Shown: positions 1 to 7,687 of the stretch, in pieces | Numbering within the stretch: the first letter of the stretch is position 1 | How the letters are laid out: every line of letters starts with the position of its first letter | Origin: a virus | Direction: 5' to 3' (one strand) | Length of the DNA stretch: 64,000 nt | UHGV virus genome: UHGV-0141727 | Position numbers and translations under genes: made by a program | The notes under the pieces: model-generated | The model's input: the letters and a program-made list of their open reading frames with translations, nothing else | Told to the model about the DNA's origin: nothing | Databases searched by the model: none

Positions 1-90
1 TAAATCCGCCTTAAGCGGTACGGTTTGAGAGGGTATGGAGTGTGTTAATTTCGCAGAATCACACCCCGAAGGTTCTTACTCAAAAGGGGA

Positions 91-588
91 TCATGGTTGA
101 ACCTGGATAACATCACCGTTCTTAACGGTAATGATTTTGTTCAGAAGAACGATTTGCGGGAAATTTCCAGCATACCAACTGAACGAACCAATCACTTCAT
201 ACTGGCCTGGTGGTACGTTTTCGAACTCAAATTTGCCTTGAGCATCTGTCAGGACAGTTCTGTCATATTCCGCAACCCTGCCGTCGATTATTTCTAAGGT
301 CTGAGTGTCGTAATCAATTTTGGGGGTATTTTTGATATATGAAGTATACGGACGCAGTATGATATTGGAGCCAGCACCAATCTTCACATCCCCTCCGCGA
401 GTTACTCCAAATAATTCCCCCTTAACCTTACCTGTGCCTTTTTTCGGCAATGCCTGATATTCCTCGACAGGGAATGCCGGGCGTTTAACAAACTGTTTTA
501 CTTGCTGAGGCTTGTTGTATGTCTGAACCGGAGCACATCCTGATAATGCAAATGCACAAACAATAGTCGCTAATATTGCTTTTTTCAT
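91..588 (-). CDS. secreted lipoprotein with carboxypeptidase-regulatory-like beta-sandwich domain (possible moron)
   Basis: ORF 91..624; probable start at MKKAIL (588). Signal peptide ends in lipobox LSGC. The TDAQGKFEFENVPPGQYEV motif is typical of CarboxypepD_reg-like folds. Confidence 0.6.
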   Translation of the reverse strand: MKKAILATIVCAFALSGCAPVQTYNKPQQVKQFVKRPAFPVEEYQALPKKGTGKVKGELFGVTRGGDVKIGAGSNIILRPYTSYIKNTPKIDYDTQTLEIIDGRVAEYDRTVLTDAQGKFEFENVPPGQYEVIGSFSWYAGNFPQIVLLNKIITVKNGDVIQVQP

Positions 589-775
589 AACTTTCTCTTT
601 TCTCAAATAAATAACGCAAACCAATAATAACTAGTGTTATCATTAACTTAGCGCAACTTAACTTTTCTGTTAGATAATACATTGAATAAAGTTAAAGATG
701 AATGCCGTTTAATAATGTTTGGTGTAATAGAAATCACATTCTCAACATAGTTATTGCTCTTTTTTCATTCGGAGC

Positions 776-1267
776 ATGATTATGATCAATAATGAACCTC
801 GCTGGCTTATTGAAGCCCGTAAAAATATTGGAGTCACCGAAATAAAAGGAGCGAAACACAATCCTGAGATCGTCCAGTTCTGGCGGGATATTAAGCGCAG
901 CGGAATTAAAGACGACGAAACGCCGTGGTGCGCTGCATTTGTTGGTGCAATGCTGGAACGTGTAGGTATCCGCTCAACAAGATTTGAGTCGGCAAAATCC
1001 TATCTGGATTGGGGCGAGAAATTAGATACACCGGCATACGGATGTATCGTTGTATTTACTCGCGCAGGCGGTGGGCATGTAGGCTTTGTTGTCGGACGCC
1101 GCGCCAATGGCGATCTGCTTGTCTTGGGTGGGAACCAGGGGGATGCTGTTAATATTCGCGCATTCCCAACATCAAGAGTGTCTGGCTATCGCTGGCCTGC
1201 TGGCGAACCACGCAATACAGCTCTGTTACCAGTCGGAGACGCAGCAACCTCAACTAATGAGGCATAA
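776..1267 (+). CDS. cell-wall hydrolase, CHAP/NlpC-P60-like (TIGR02594-type); probable endolysin
   Basis: 163 aa with PWCAAFV (Cys) and GGHVGFV (His) motifs. The GGAG SD spacing favours ATG at 782 over 776. Confidence 0.6.
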   Translation: MIMINNEPRWLIEARKNIGVTEIKGAKHNPEIVQFWRDIKRSGIKDDETPWCAAFVGAMLERVGIRSTRFESAKSYLDWGEKLDTPAYGCIVVFTRAGGGHVGFVVGRRANGDLLVLGGNQGDAVNIRAFPTSRVSGYRWPAGEPRNTALLPVGDAATSTNEA

Positions 1268-1290
1268 AAAAGCCCCGGCCAGGCCGGGGC
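1265..1290 (-). terminator. rho-independent terminator after immI-like module 1
   Basis: GCCCCGG/CCGGGGC stem at 1272-1290, followed on the minus strand by UUUUUU (A-run 1266-1271 on plus). Confidence 0.6.
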
Positions 1291-1298
1291 ATCACACT

Positions 1299-1496
1299 TC
1301 AAGTTACGATCCAATCATTACCGACTGCATCCGCCGTCGATAAATCGACTTCCCGGATCTGGTATCCATTAATACAAAACCATCCAGTGGTAGAGCTATT
1401 ATCAGGCCAGACCCATACACCAACACTCCATGCTTTACGGCGGCACACTTCAGCCTGTCCTTCCCTGATTTTTTTTACCGCCTGCATGATGTCCAT
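1299..1496 (-). CDS. DUF2829 / Tad2-like small protein
   Basis: ORF 1299..1511. Start MDIMQAV (ATG 1496) overlaps the upstream stop as TGATG. The pattern AVKKIREGxxVxRRxAW ... DLSTADAVGNDWIV matches the DUF2829 N- and C-terminal signatures as recalled. Paralogous to the C-terminus of 51286..52227. Confidence 0.55.
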   Translation of the reverse strand: MDIMQAVKKIREGQAEVCRRKAWSVGVWVWPDNSSTTGWFCINGYQIREVDLSTADAVGNDWIVT

Positions 1497-2203
1497 CACT
1501 CGCCTCCCCAACCGATTACCTGGAATTGCCCCATCCTTGGGTGATACCAGCGTTTTCCTCGGTGTTCAGCCTCCGACATCATCAGGGTAAAGGCATTCAT
1601 GAAGGGAGATAAGGCCACAATAGTACGACGCGACAATACCCCCTCTGGCGTCAAAAACTCATGCGTATCTGTGGGGATCCGGTAAGCGTTGACCAAGTTA
1701 CGGCATTTGGCTTCAGTCAGGCCGCATTTCGCCGCTAACTGGCGATAGCCAATGTAACCTTCCGGCATGTTGCCCTTCTTGATCTGCTCGACGGTTTCAG
1801 CGACCTGGCTAACCTTTGACTCAACAGCATGAAGCCGCTTTTGCTGCTGAACTGCATTCGCAGCCATTGCAGCGATCATCTCTATTTCGGTCAACGGCTG
1901 GCGTACTTGTTCTTCCAGTTCGCGCCAGCGGTCCACCAGCCGGGCGGTAAATTCGGGAGAAAGCTGCGCAACGACAATGATACTGTCACGCTTGCCTTGC
2001 TCGCCTTCGAAGAAATAGGCTTTTGTGTATTTATTAGGGCTAAGTGATTGATTATTCTCAACTGTAGCCAATGGCGTATGTTGGATAACTCCTTTAGCAA
2101 CAAGTCTTTCGATGCTGCGTTTAACATCAGAGTGACGACTTCCCACCAGTTCCGCGATCTCAATGCTGGTCATTGATGGCTTTTCGAGAATGCAGATATC
2201 CAT
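1496..2203 (-). CDS. Rha-family phage regulatory protein / antirepressor (immI-like module 1)
   Basis: N-terminal TSIEIAELVGSRHSDVxRSIERL (Phage_pRha-like). About 90% nt identity over several hundred bp to 51286..52227. Its ATG overlaps the icd-like stop (TGATG). Confidence 0.7.
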   Translation of the reverse strand: MDICILEKPSMTSIEIAELVGSRHSDVKRSIERLVAKGVIQHTPLATVENNQSLSPNKYTKAYFFEGEQGKRDSIIVVAQLSPEFTARLVDRWRELEEQVRQPLTEIEMIAAMAANAVQQQKRLHAVESKVSQVAETVEQIKKGNMPEGYIGYRQLAAKCGLTEAKCRNLVNAYRIPTDTHEFLTPEGVLSRRTIVALSPFMNAFTLMMSEAEHRGKRWYHPRMGQFQVIGWGGE

Positions 2204-2427
2204 CAGTGAGCCTCCGCAATGCCGGGATTGGTAATATTGCGATACCAGGGATTAGTGTTTGGTTGTGGGGAAGTAGAGAAACGACCAGTGAGAACGCCAT
2301 ACTGATCAGGGATCAGAGAACGGGCTTCTTTTTCAGTTGCGGCAATTGCGAAGTGATCACAATGTTTTTGCAGGGAGTGGAAACGCCAGATGAATTCTGG
2401 ACGTGAGCAAGGATTGGCATTAACCAT
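2203..2427 (-). CDS. icd: Icd-like (host cell division inhibitor-like) small protein
   Basis: C-terminal 74 codons of ORF 2203..2751. ATG 2427 is preceded by GAGG. EFIWRF...AATEKEARSL motif as in Icd-like proteins. Position upstream of, and coupled to, the antirepressor as in P1 icd-ant. Confidence 0.6.
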   Translation of the reverse strand: MVNANPCSRPEFIWRFHSLQKHCDHFAIAATEKEARSLIPDQYGVLTGRFSTSPQPNTNPWYRNITNPGIAEAH

Positions 2428-2483
2428 AGTTACGGCCTCATGTACAGGTTTAACAACCTGCAACCCGCTGCTAAACGGGTGGC

Positions 2484-2551
2484 AGGACGTGACGGGGTTA
2501 GCAGACTGGCGTACATGAAACCAGCAGGCCGAAGCCTCCCCATCACGCCCC
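2484..2551 (-). ncRNA. c4: c4-like antisense RNA (module 1)
   Basis: 68 nt with a 14-bp closing stem (GGGGCGUGAUGGGG / CCCCGUCACGUCCU). Contains an AGGC-UUCG-GCCU hairpin and a CUGG/CCAG hairpin with an 11-nt loop carrying CAUGUAC. Single-stranded CUGCUAA follows, and 3' GCCA. The loop and single-stranded boxes are complementary to boxes at 2642-2636/2628-2622 and 2474-2468/2445-2438. Confidence 0.6.
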
Positions 2552-2583
2552 ACCATAATTTGGGCGTAACGTGGTTTACGGAC

Positions 2584-2614
2584 ACAAAAATACCGCAATA
2601 TCGGATATCTGCGG
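2584..2614 (-). terminator. terminator-like hairpin between the a1/b1 boxes and the c4-like RNA
   Basis: Minus strand CCGCAGAUAU-CCG-AUAUUGCGG followed by UAUUUUUGUGU. An analogous element is present in module 2. Confidence 0.4.
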
Positions 2615-2742
2615 TTGTCCGCATGTACATTCAGGCTGCTAAACCCGGTCGCAGAATTTGCTACGACGGCATGAATATAAGCCTGAACATTAGAAAGATC
2701 AACAGAATTTTTATCAGATGCTGTTTTTTTGTGACGATGTAA

Positions 2743-2788
2743 ATCATACATTCCTGATTAGAAACATCAATTTAATTTTCTAACACAC
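2743..2788 (-). promoter_or_regulatory. promoter-operator of immI-like module 1
   Basis: Minus strand GTGTGTTAGAAAAT-taaaTTGATGTTTCTAATCA-ggaatg-TATGAT. The -35 is TTGATG (2770-2765), the -10 is TATGAT (2748-2743), spacer 16. The palindromic operator overlaps the -35. Confidence 0.6.
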
Positions 2789-2842
2789 AATTACGAGCGA
2801 TGATTTTTCCGCCGCACGGTTATTGTACAGTCAATCGCAACA

Positions 2843-3802
2843 TCATCCCCGAAAGCCCTCCGGAATTGACCAGTCTTCCCGGTCAAATTCAGACCGATAG
2901 CCACGCTGTTTCATCTGGTCAAATGCTTCATTGATGGTTGCACATCCCTGGGAACCAGAATAATCCATAGAGAAATCCAGGGCGCTGGATCGTTTGGGCT
3001 TATTCACCGTGGTAGCACTACGTATCCATGCAAATTTTTTTGCCAGTTTTTCAGCGGTACGATACAGAGCCTGCCGTTTTGCGTACCCCTCGTCTGAACG
3101 ACGCTTTGCAGCTCTCGCTTTTGCCGCCGCCAAACAGTGGTTGGTATGTTCTTCCCTGATTACTGTTTTTTTATCCAGCAAGCCATTATCCGCTTGAGAA
3201 CTATCTGCTGGTGAAGCCTTTGGCTGAACCGCGCATGATCTTTCTCTTCTTTTGGCTATAGAGTGACTCTTATTTTCTATTGGCTGTTCATTTTGAACAT
3301 GGGGGGACTTGTTCAATTTGAACAGGGGGTGCCCAGTTTCAAAAAAATAACGAACCTTTGAAATCAACTGCTTAACCAGTTTTGTGGCGTTGGCAAATTT
3401 GATGCCCTGCTTACTCCCTATCTCCATTGCTACATGAATGAAGTGGAGAAATTGTGTTGTAAACCGGTACACGTTACACACCTGAGCATTGTTATTCGCT
3501 ACCTGATGCTGCTTAACAAGCATTCCGCACTTCGTCGCTTCGGTAAATGCCCGGCGCACAGTAGAAATACTGCGTCCTGTAATCTCGGACATATCAGCAT
3601 ATGAGCGACGGATCATGTATTCATCGGTAGCTCCTGCCAGGTTGGCGAACTCGGCAATAATGGCGCTATGTGAAGGGGAAAGAAAACCGCTATGACGAGC
3701 AAAAAAACTCAACTGATGACCTTTGATTTTTTTGTGGTATTCAGTGTTGTTTTTATACTCAGAAGTGTTGAAAGTTACTGGAACTGAATTTAAAATACTC
3801 AT
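2843..3802 (-). CDS. winged-helix DNA-binding protein of unknown role (possible RepL-like initiator or regulator)
   Basis: 319 aa. HTH-like SYADMSEITGRSISTVRRAFTEATKCGMLV with a basic C-terminal half. Lies between two operator sites; own putative promoter with ATAGATTT direct repeats at 3810-3860. Confidence 0.4.
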   Translation of the reverse strand: MSILNSVPVTFNTSEYKNNTEYHKKIKGHQLSFFARHSGFLSPSHSAIIAEFANLAGATDEYMIRRSYADMSEITGRSISTVRRAFTEATKCGMLVKQHQVANNNAQVCNVYRFTTQFLHFIHVAMEIGSKQGIKFANATKLVKQLISKVRYFFETGHPLFKLNKSPHVQNEQPIENKSHSIAKRRERSCAVQPKASPADSSQADNGLLDKKTVIREEHTNHCLAAAKARAAKRRSDEGYAKRQALYRTAEKLAKKFAWIRSATTVNKPKRSSALDFSMDYSGSQGCATINEAFDQMKQRGYRSEFDREDWSIPEGFRG

Positions 3803-3863
3803 CAGATAGTTCCGTGAAAAATCTATCTACCGTATAAATCTATGCCAGTGGATTTATACACCC

Positions 3864-3896
3864 AAAAGCCGCTACTCAGCGGCTTTTGCTTTTTTG
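3864..3896. terminator. bidirectional rho-independent terminator
   Basis: AAAAGCCGCU-ACUC-AGCGGCUUUU hairpin. Tail is UUUUGCUUUUUU on plus and a U4 tail on minus. Confidence 0.55.
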
Positions 3897-3970
3897 GCAG
3901 TCGCTACCGGAGCAGTGACCGCGATCCTACTCGATCACGTGCCGTCGGATCAACAGTGTATAAAAACACA

Positions 3971-4004
3971 CTGTGTTAGAAAATTAAGCTAGCTTTTAGC
4001 TCAC
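3971..4004. promoter_or_regulatory. operator site (strong left half, degenerate right half)
   Basis: CTGTGTTAGAAAAT at 3971-3984 is identical to the left arm at 42127-42140. The right half CTTTTAGCTCAC matches the consensus at 7/12. Confidence 0.45.
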
Positions 4005-4999
4005 ATCCTCTTAGACACAAAGATCAGCGGAGTCACCGTCTTGTTCTCTTTCACCGGTATTTCTTGTTGTTTATTGGCTGATATTGGCAGACCATAAGTG
4101 GCATTAGCCCCTAGGGATTCAAGCATCGCTGCGACAATGCGTGCATCATCCTCTGACTGCATACGGCAGAGCGCCCGGCGCTGTTCTGCGCTGATAAAAA
4201 CAGGCATTTCCTGGATAGCATCACGCAAAATACGGCGGCATTTCTTCGCGTTCTCCCCCTGGCTTTCCATCATCGCGGCCTGGTCGCGTAGTTTGTCGCG
4301 AAGCTGCATATTTTCCACTTCAAGATGTATCAGTTCCGATTCCAGAGCTTCACGCTGTGCTGATTCAATCATTGCTTGTTGACTTTGCATTTGTGCAAAG
4401 TGATGAACAATATCTGTAGCCTGATTGTCAGTGAAACCTTGATCCATCAGCGACGTGTGCATAACAGCTTCACGCTCTTCAACGGACTCCATCATCGGTA
4501 TCTGTTTATCGAGGCTGATATAGTTCGGCACGGTAACGTAATCAAATCCATGAAAGGAGTTTACTATTGACACGAAAGAATCAGGTCCAATAGTCGCCCA
4601 TGACCAACCGCCAGCATTTGAGTTGATCAATCCTTGAACAATATGCCCTGTATATGAATCAAGAATTTCTTGGGTGTGCGTAATGACACCATTATCGTCA
4701 ATAGAAATATCAACTGTTCTGTTAGATGGCACATTTTCCAGAAGAAGAGGCTTACCATCCATCATAACAACGCAAACCTCTGGCAAATCTAGTGATTTAG
4801 TTTTGTTGTAATACATCGAGCGGCGACCATGACCGTAATATCCAAATAGCTCACCAAGAGCCATGCGCTCTTTAACTAGCGGTGATGTTATGGTTTTTCG
4901 CACAGCCTCAATAATGTATTTTCGGTTGTTCTGCGGTGTATGTTTGCGGATTTTCTCTACCAGGGAGAAGCGATCCGTAACGGTATTCAGTGATTGCAT
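4001..4999 (-). CDS. putative prohead protease/scaffold (P1 Pro position)
   Basis: 332 aa immediately downstream of the portal gene, with a C-terminal coiled-coil-like region (ELIHLEVENMQLRDKLRDQ). Call rests on position. Confidence 0.45.
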   Translation of the reverse strand: MQSLNTVTDRFSLVEKIRKHTPQNNRKYIIEAVRKTITSPLVKERMALGELFGYYGHGRRSMYYNKTKSLDLPEVCVVMMDGKPLLLENVPSNRTVDISIDDNGVITHTQEILDSYTGHIVQGLINSNAGGWSWATIGPDSFVSIVNSFHGFDYVTVPNYISLDKQIPMMESVEEREAVMHTSLMDQGFTDNQATDIVHHFAQMQSQQAMIESAQREALESELIHLEVENMQLRDKLRDQAAMMESQGENAKKCRRILRDAIQEMPVFISAEQRRALCRMQSEDDARIVAAMLESLGANATYGLPISANKQQEIPVKENKTVTPLIFVSKRM

Positions 5000-5012
5000 T
5001 ATTTCCCTCCGG

Positions 5013-6698
5013 TTAATTATTGCTCATCACAAATTTTGCAAAGTTGATTAATTGTTCTTGCGTCCAGTTTTCCGGATCGTCACCGGACGACAACGGCGCG
5101 GATTCGTACATACCATGCTCGTTGTTTTGCTCTGATTCATTCGCCTTAAACTCTTTGATCATTACGTTGAGAGTGTCATCGTCGATACGAAGCTGTTCGG
5201 TGAACAGATAGCGCATAAACGCGTCGCTACCCGCCAGTTTCGGGTTGTTCTGGATCTGGTCCATTATTTGCGAGATGACAGCTACGAAGTTGGCGCGCGC
5301 ATCCAGCTCTCGGTTTTCCTCTTCCTGGATAGCTGTGTTCATTGAGTTGAATTGCACGTCATAAGGACGGTTTTTTTCGGTGTAAACCTTCCCGTATTTA
5401 TAAGCGAGGTGAATGTCATGAAGCCGATAAATAGTCCGCTGGGCGGCCTGTCTGATCCAGTTCGCGCGTAATGCGGCCTGGATAGCTGTTTGCTGCCAAC
5501 CGCCTTCTCCAAGCCCCCCACTCATCTGATCAGCCCAGCCAAGCATTGTTGCGTCAATGCCGAGGCTTGCCGCGAGCTGTCGGAGATGAAACATAACGTC
5601 TTCGATACCACTGATATCTGCGGGTATAGATTGCGTATCAATGGTGATCCCGTTCTTCCCATCCCCCATGACAGGTATCAGATGGTTAAGTACAGATGGG
5701 AGAGCATTAGAATTAATTGACCGTTGCGCTACGAGGTCGCTATGGCGCTTCAGTGCCTGGCTGACCCCGCGCGTATAATTCGCCGCGTTTACCGGATCTA
5801 TCGTGTTCGTTGTGAGTGCAATCAGGCGATCAATTTTTGCAGCGTTGTTTCGCGTTGCTTTCAGCGCAGCAAGCGCGGCACATAAATTCAGGTAGGGTTC
5901 ATAACTGTATTCAAGAAACGACGTACCGTAGTTCTGTGTCTCCATTAACGGCTTGTCCTGCTGTTCACTAAGCAAGGAATAGCCTGTAGTGCCGTAAGTT
6001 ACTGGCATTACTTTATGCTGAGGCGTCCAGTACGGGTTTTTCATGGAAACCAGATTCCACGGCTCGGTTATAACTCTGCGCAAAGTATGCGTGTCCAGAA
6101 TGTAATCACCGCTGAATCCGACAAGTTGGCTACCGCGATAAAACTCCTGAACGAAATGAGGGAGCGTGTAATAGCTCGACTCAATTCCAGTTATCCCCTT
6201 CCCTTGCTCTGCATATGGACGGATATACGACACACCGAAAATAGCCATGATCATGGCCCACGATGGAAGGCCATCATTAATCATTGAGCTTAAATCAGCG
6301 GTCAATTCCTCACATCGACTTACAGCCTCCTTATCCGCCCCATTTTTCGGAGCGAGAATAAATGCGAGGCCTGTTTTTTTTGATGGAGCCAGAGAATGCG
6401 CAATGTGAATGTTTAATGCTGTGGAGATAGTCGGACTTTTCGCCATCGTCTCCAGTATGTTGTATTTTTGCAGGCGGTCACTCGGTAATTCTGCCGATAT
6501 AGATACTGTATCCGCCGCGCTTGTCATTCCATCGCTATTGCTCCCCAGGATGCCTGGACGCAAGGCGGACAGGCCAGAACGAGCAACGACGCTATGCCCG
6601 CTCGCAAATACGACCGGATCGGCAGGCGTAACATCACCACCGCTGAAGGCTTTCTTCAATGCCGACAGAAAGCCCTTGTTTTTGTCTTTCGTTGCCAT
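5013..6698 (-). CDS. portal protein (P1 Prt position)
   Basis: 561 aa. Size and position upstream of the protease-like gene, with an acidic C-terminus. Call by synteny only. Confidence 0.55.
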   Translation of the reverse strand: MATKDKNKGFLSALKKAFSGGDVTPADPVVFASGHSVVARSGLSALRPGILGSNSDGMTSAADTVSISAELPSDRLQKYNILETMAKSPTISTALNIHIAHSLAPSKKTGLAFILAPKNGADKEAVSRCEELTADLSSMINDGLPSWAMIMAIFGVSYIRPYAEQGKGITGIESSYYTLPHFVQEFYRGSQLVGFSGDYILDTHTLRRVITEPWNLVSMKNPYWTPQHKVMPVTYGTTGYSLLSEQQDKPLMETQNYGTSFLEYSYEPYLNLCAALAALKATRNNAAKIDRLIALTTNTIDPVNAANYTRGVSQALKRHSDLVAQRSINSNALPSVLNHLIPVMGDGKNGITIDTQSIPADISGIEDVMFHLRQLAASLGIDATMLGWADQMSGGLGEGGWQQTAIQAALRANWIRQAAQRTIYRLHDIHLAYKYGKVYTEKNRPYDVQFNSMNTAIQEEENRELDARANFVAVISQIMDQIQNNPKLAGSDAFMRYLFTEQLRIDDDTLNVMIKEFKANESEQNNEHGMYESAPLSSGDDPENWTQEQLINFAKFVMSNN

Positions 6699-6930
6699 GA
6701 TTCACCGCAAAAGGTTTCCGATTTCGTGGCAGCTTATCCAGTGTGTGATTTCATCAGTAATTTTTCGTTGTTTTCACTATATGCTGATGTTTTTTCATAT
6801 GCGGAAATGCTTTTCCAAAAACGCAACCGCCAAACAAAGAAGTTATGTTTATAAACATTTTTGTTGTGTTTTATATCTTTTGTGTTATTATTCTTGTCGC
6901 CCATGATGGATAAATTGCATAAGGAAACTT

Positions 6931-7113
6931 GTGAAGTATTCAGAGTTCAAACGCTGGTTAATCCAGCAAGGGGCAGAGTTCAGGAAAGCGCCAGGTGGCG
7001 GCAGTCATCAGAAAGTGAACCTGAACGGAAAGCGGTCGGTTTTCCCGGACCACGGTTCAAAGGAAATGCCTGAACCGCTACGCAAGAAAATAATGAAGGA
7101 CCTGGGGCTTTAA
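6931..7113 (+). CDS. hicA: HicA mRNA interferase toxin
   Basis: 60 aa, GTG start after AAGGA. MKYSEFKRWLIQQG...GSHQK...PLRKKIMKDLGL closely parallels E. coli HicA. Confidence 0.9.
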   Translation: MKYSEFKRWLIQQGAEFRKAPGGGSHQKVNLNGKRSVFPDHGSKEMPEPLRKKIMKDLGL

Positions 7114-7143
7114 GCCCCAGCCTTTTTCACTAGGAGCTTCTCT

Positions 7144-7575
7144 ATGTTTAACTATCCGGTAAAACTGGAGCGCGACGACAATACCGGCGCGTATGTCGTA
7201 TCATGCCGCGACCTACCATTGTTTAATTCCGTGGGTGACTCAGTTGAAGAAGCGTTGCTTGAGGCTGGTTATGGATTGGTCGCAGCGGTTGCGATTGAGA
7301 TTGAAGAACGCCGACCTGTTCCCACTGGTAGCGAGCCAAAAGAAGGTGAGTACGTTGTCTCTTTGCCAGTGCTACCAGCAATGAAGGCTGCACTCCACAA
7401 CGCGATGATAGAAACCGGCACACGCAAAGCAGAGTTGGCGCGCAAACTCGGAAAAAATGGAACACAGATTGATCGGCTTCTCGACGTCGAACATTCATCG
7501 AAAGTTGAAACTGTCGAGTTGGCACTGCATCAACTGAATAAAAATATCGCCGTATCTGTCACACCAATGCGGTGA
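7144..7575 (+). CDS. hicB: HicB antitoxin
   Basis: 143 aa. N-terminal YPVKLERDDNTGAYVVSCRDLP (HicB fold) plus a C-terminal HTH (TRKAELARKLGKNGTQIDRLL). Confidence 0.9.
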   Translation: MFNYPVKLERDDNTGAYVVSCRDLPLFNSVGDSVEEALLEAGYGLVAAVAIEIEERRPVPTGSEPKEGEYVVSLPVLPAMKAALHNAMIETGTRKAELARKLGKNGTQIDRLLDVEHSSKVETVELALHQLNKNIAVSVTPMR

Positions 7576-7687
7576 CTGCTCCCCGCCCTGGCTGGGCGAG
7601 GATTTACGGGGTATTTGTTAAAAACGCTCTATTCAAAGAAGAAATACCGAATCCCCCGGAGGTTATCCGGGGTGTCCGGTCGCCAGG

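Noticed and set aside
2428-2751. N-terminal 108 codons of the 182-aa ORF 2203..2751
   Set aside because: Its ATG (2751) lies upstream of the predicted -10 (2748-2743), so it would not be on the transcript. The region is fully explained by the leader, target boxes, hairpin terminator and c4-like RNA. The conserved Icd-like part starts at ATG 2427, which has its own SD.
3900-3972. Possible operator-driven short transcript (sRNA) running from about 3955 to the terminator at 3864
   Set aside because: The -35 and -10 are poor and no convincing secondary structure or target is seen. It would need transcript data.
6409-6906. 165-aa plus-strand ORF overlapping the portal gene start
   Set aside because: It is mostly antisense to the portal gene. 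The remainder is AT-rich promoter DNA, and the protein looks non-biological.
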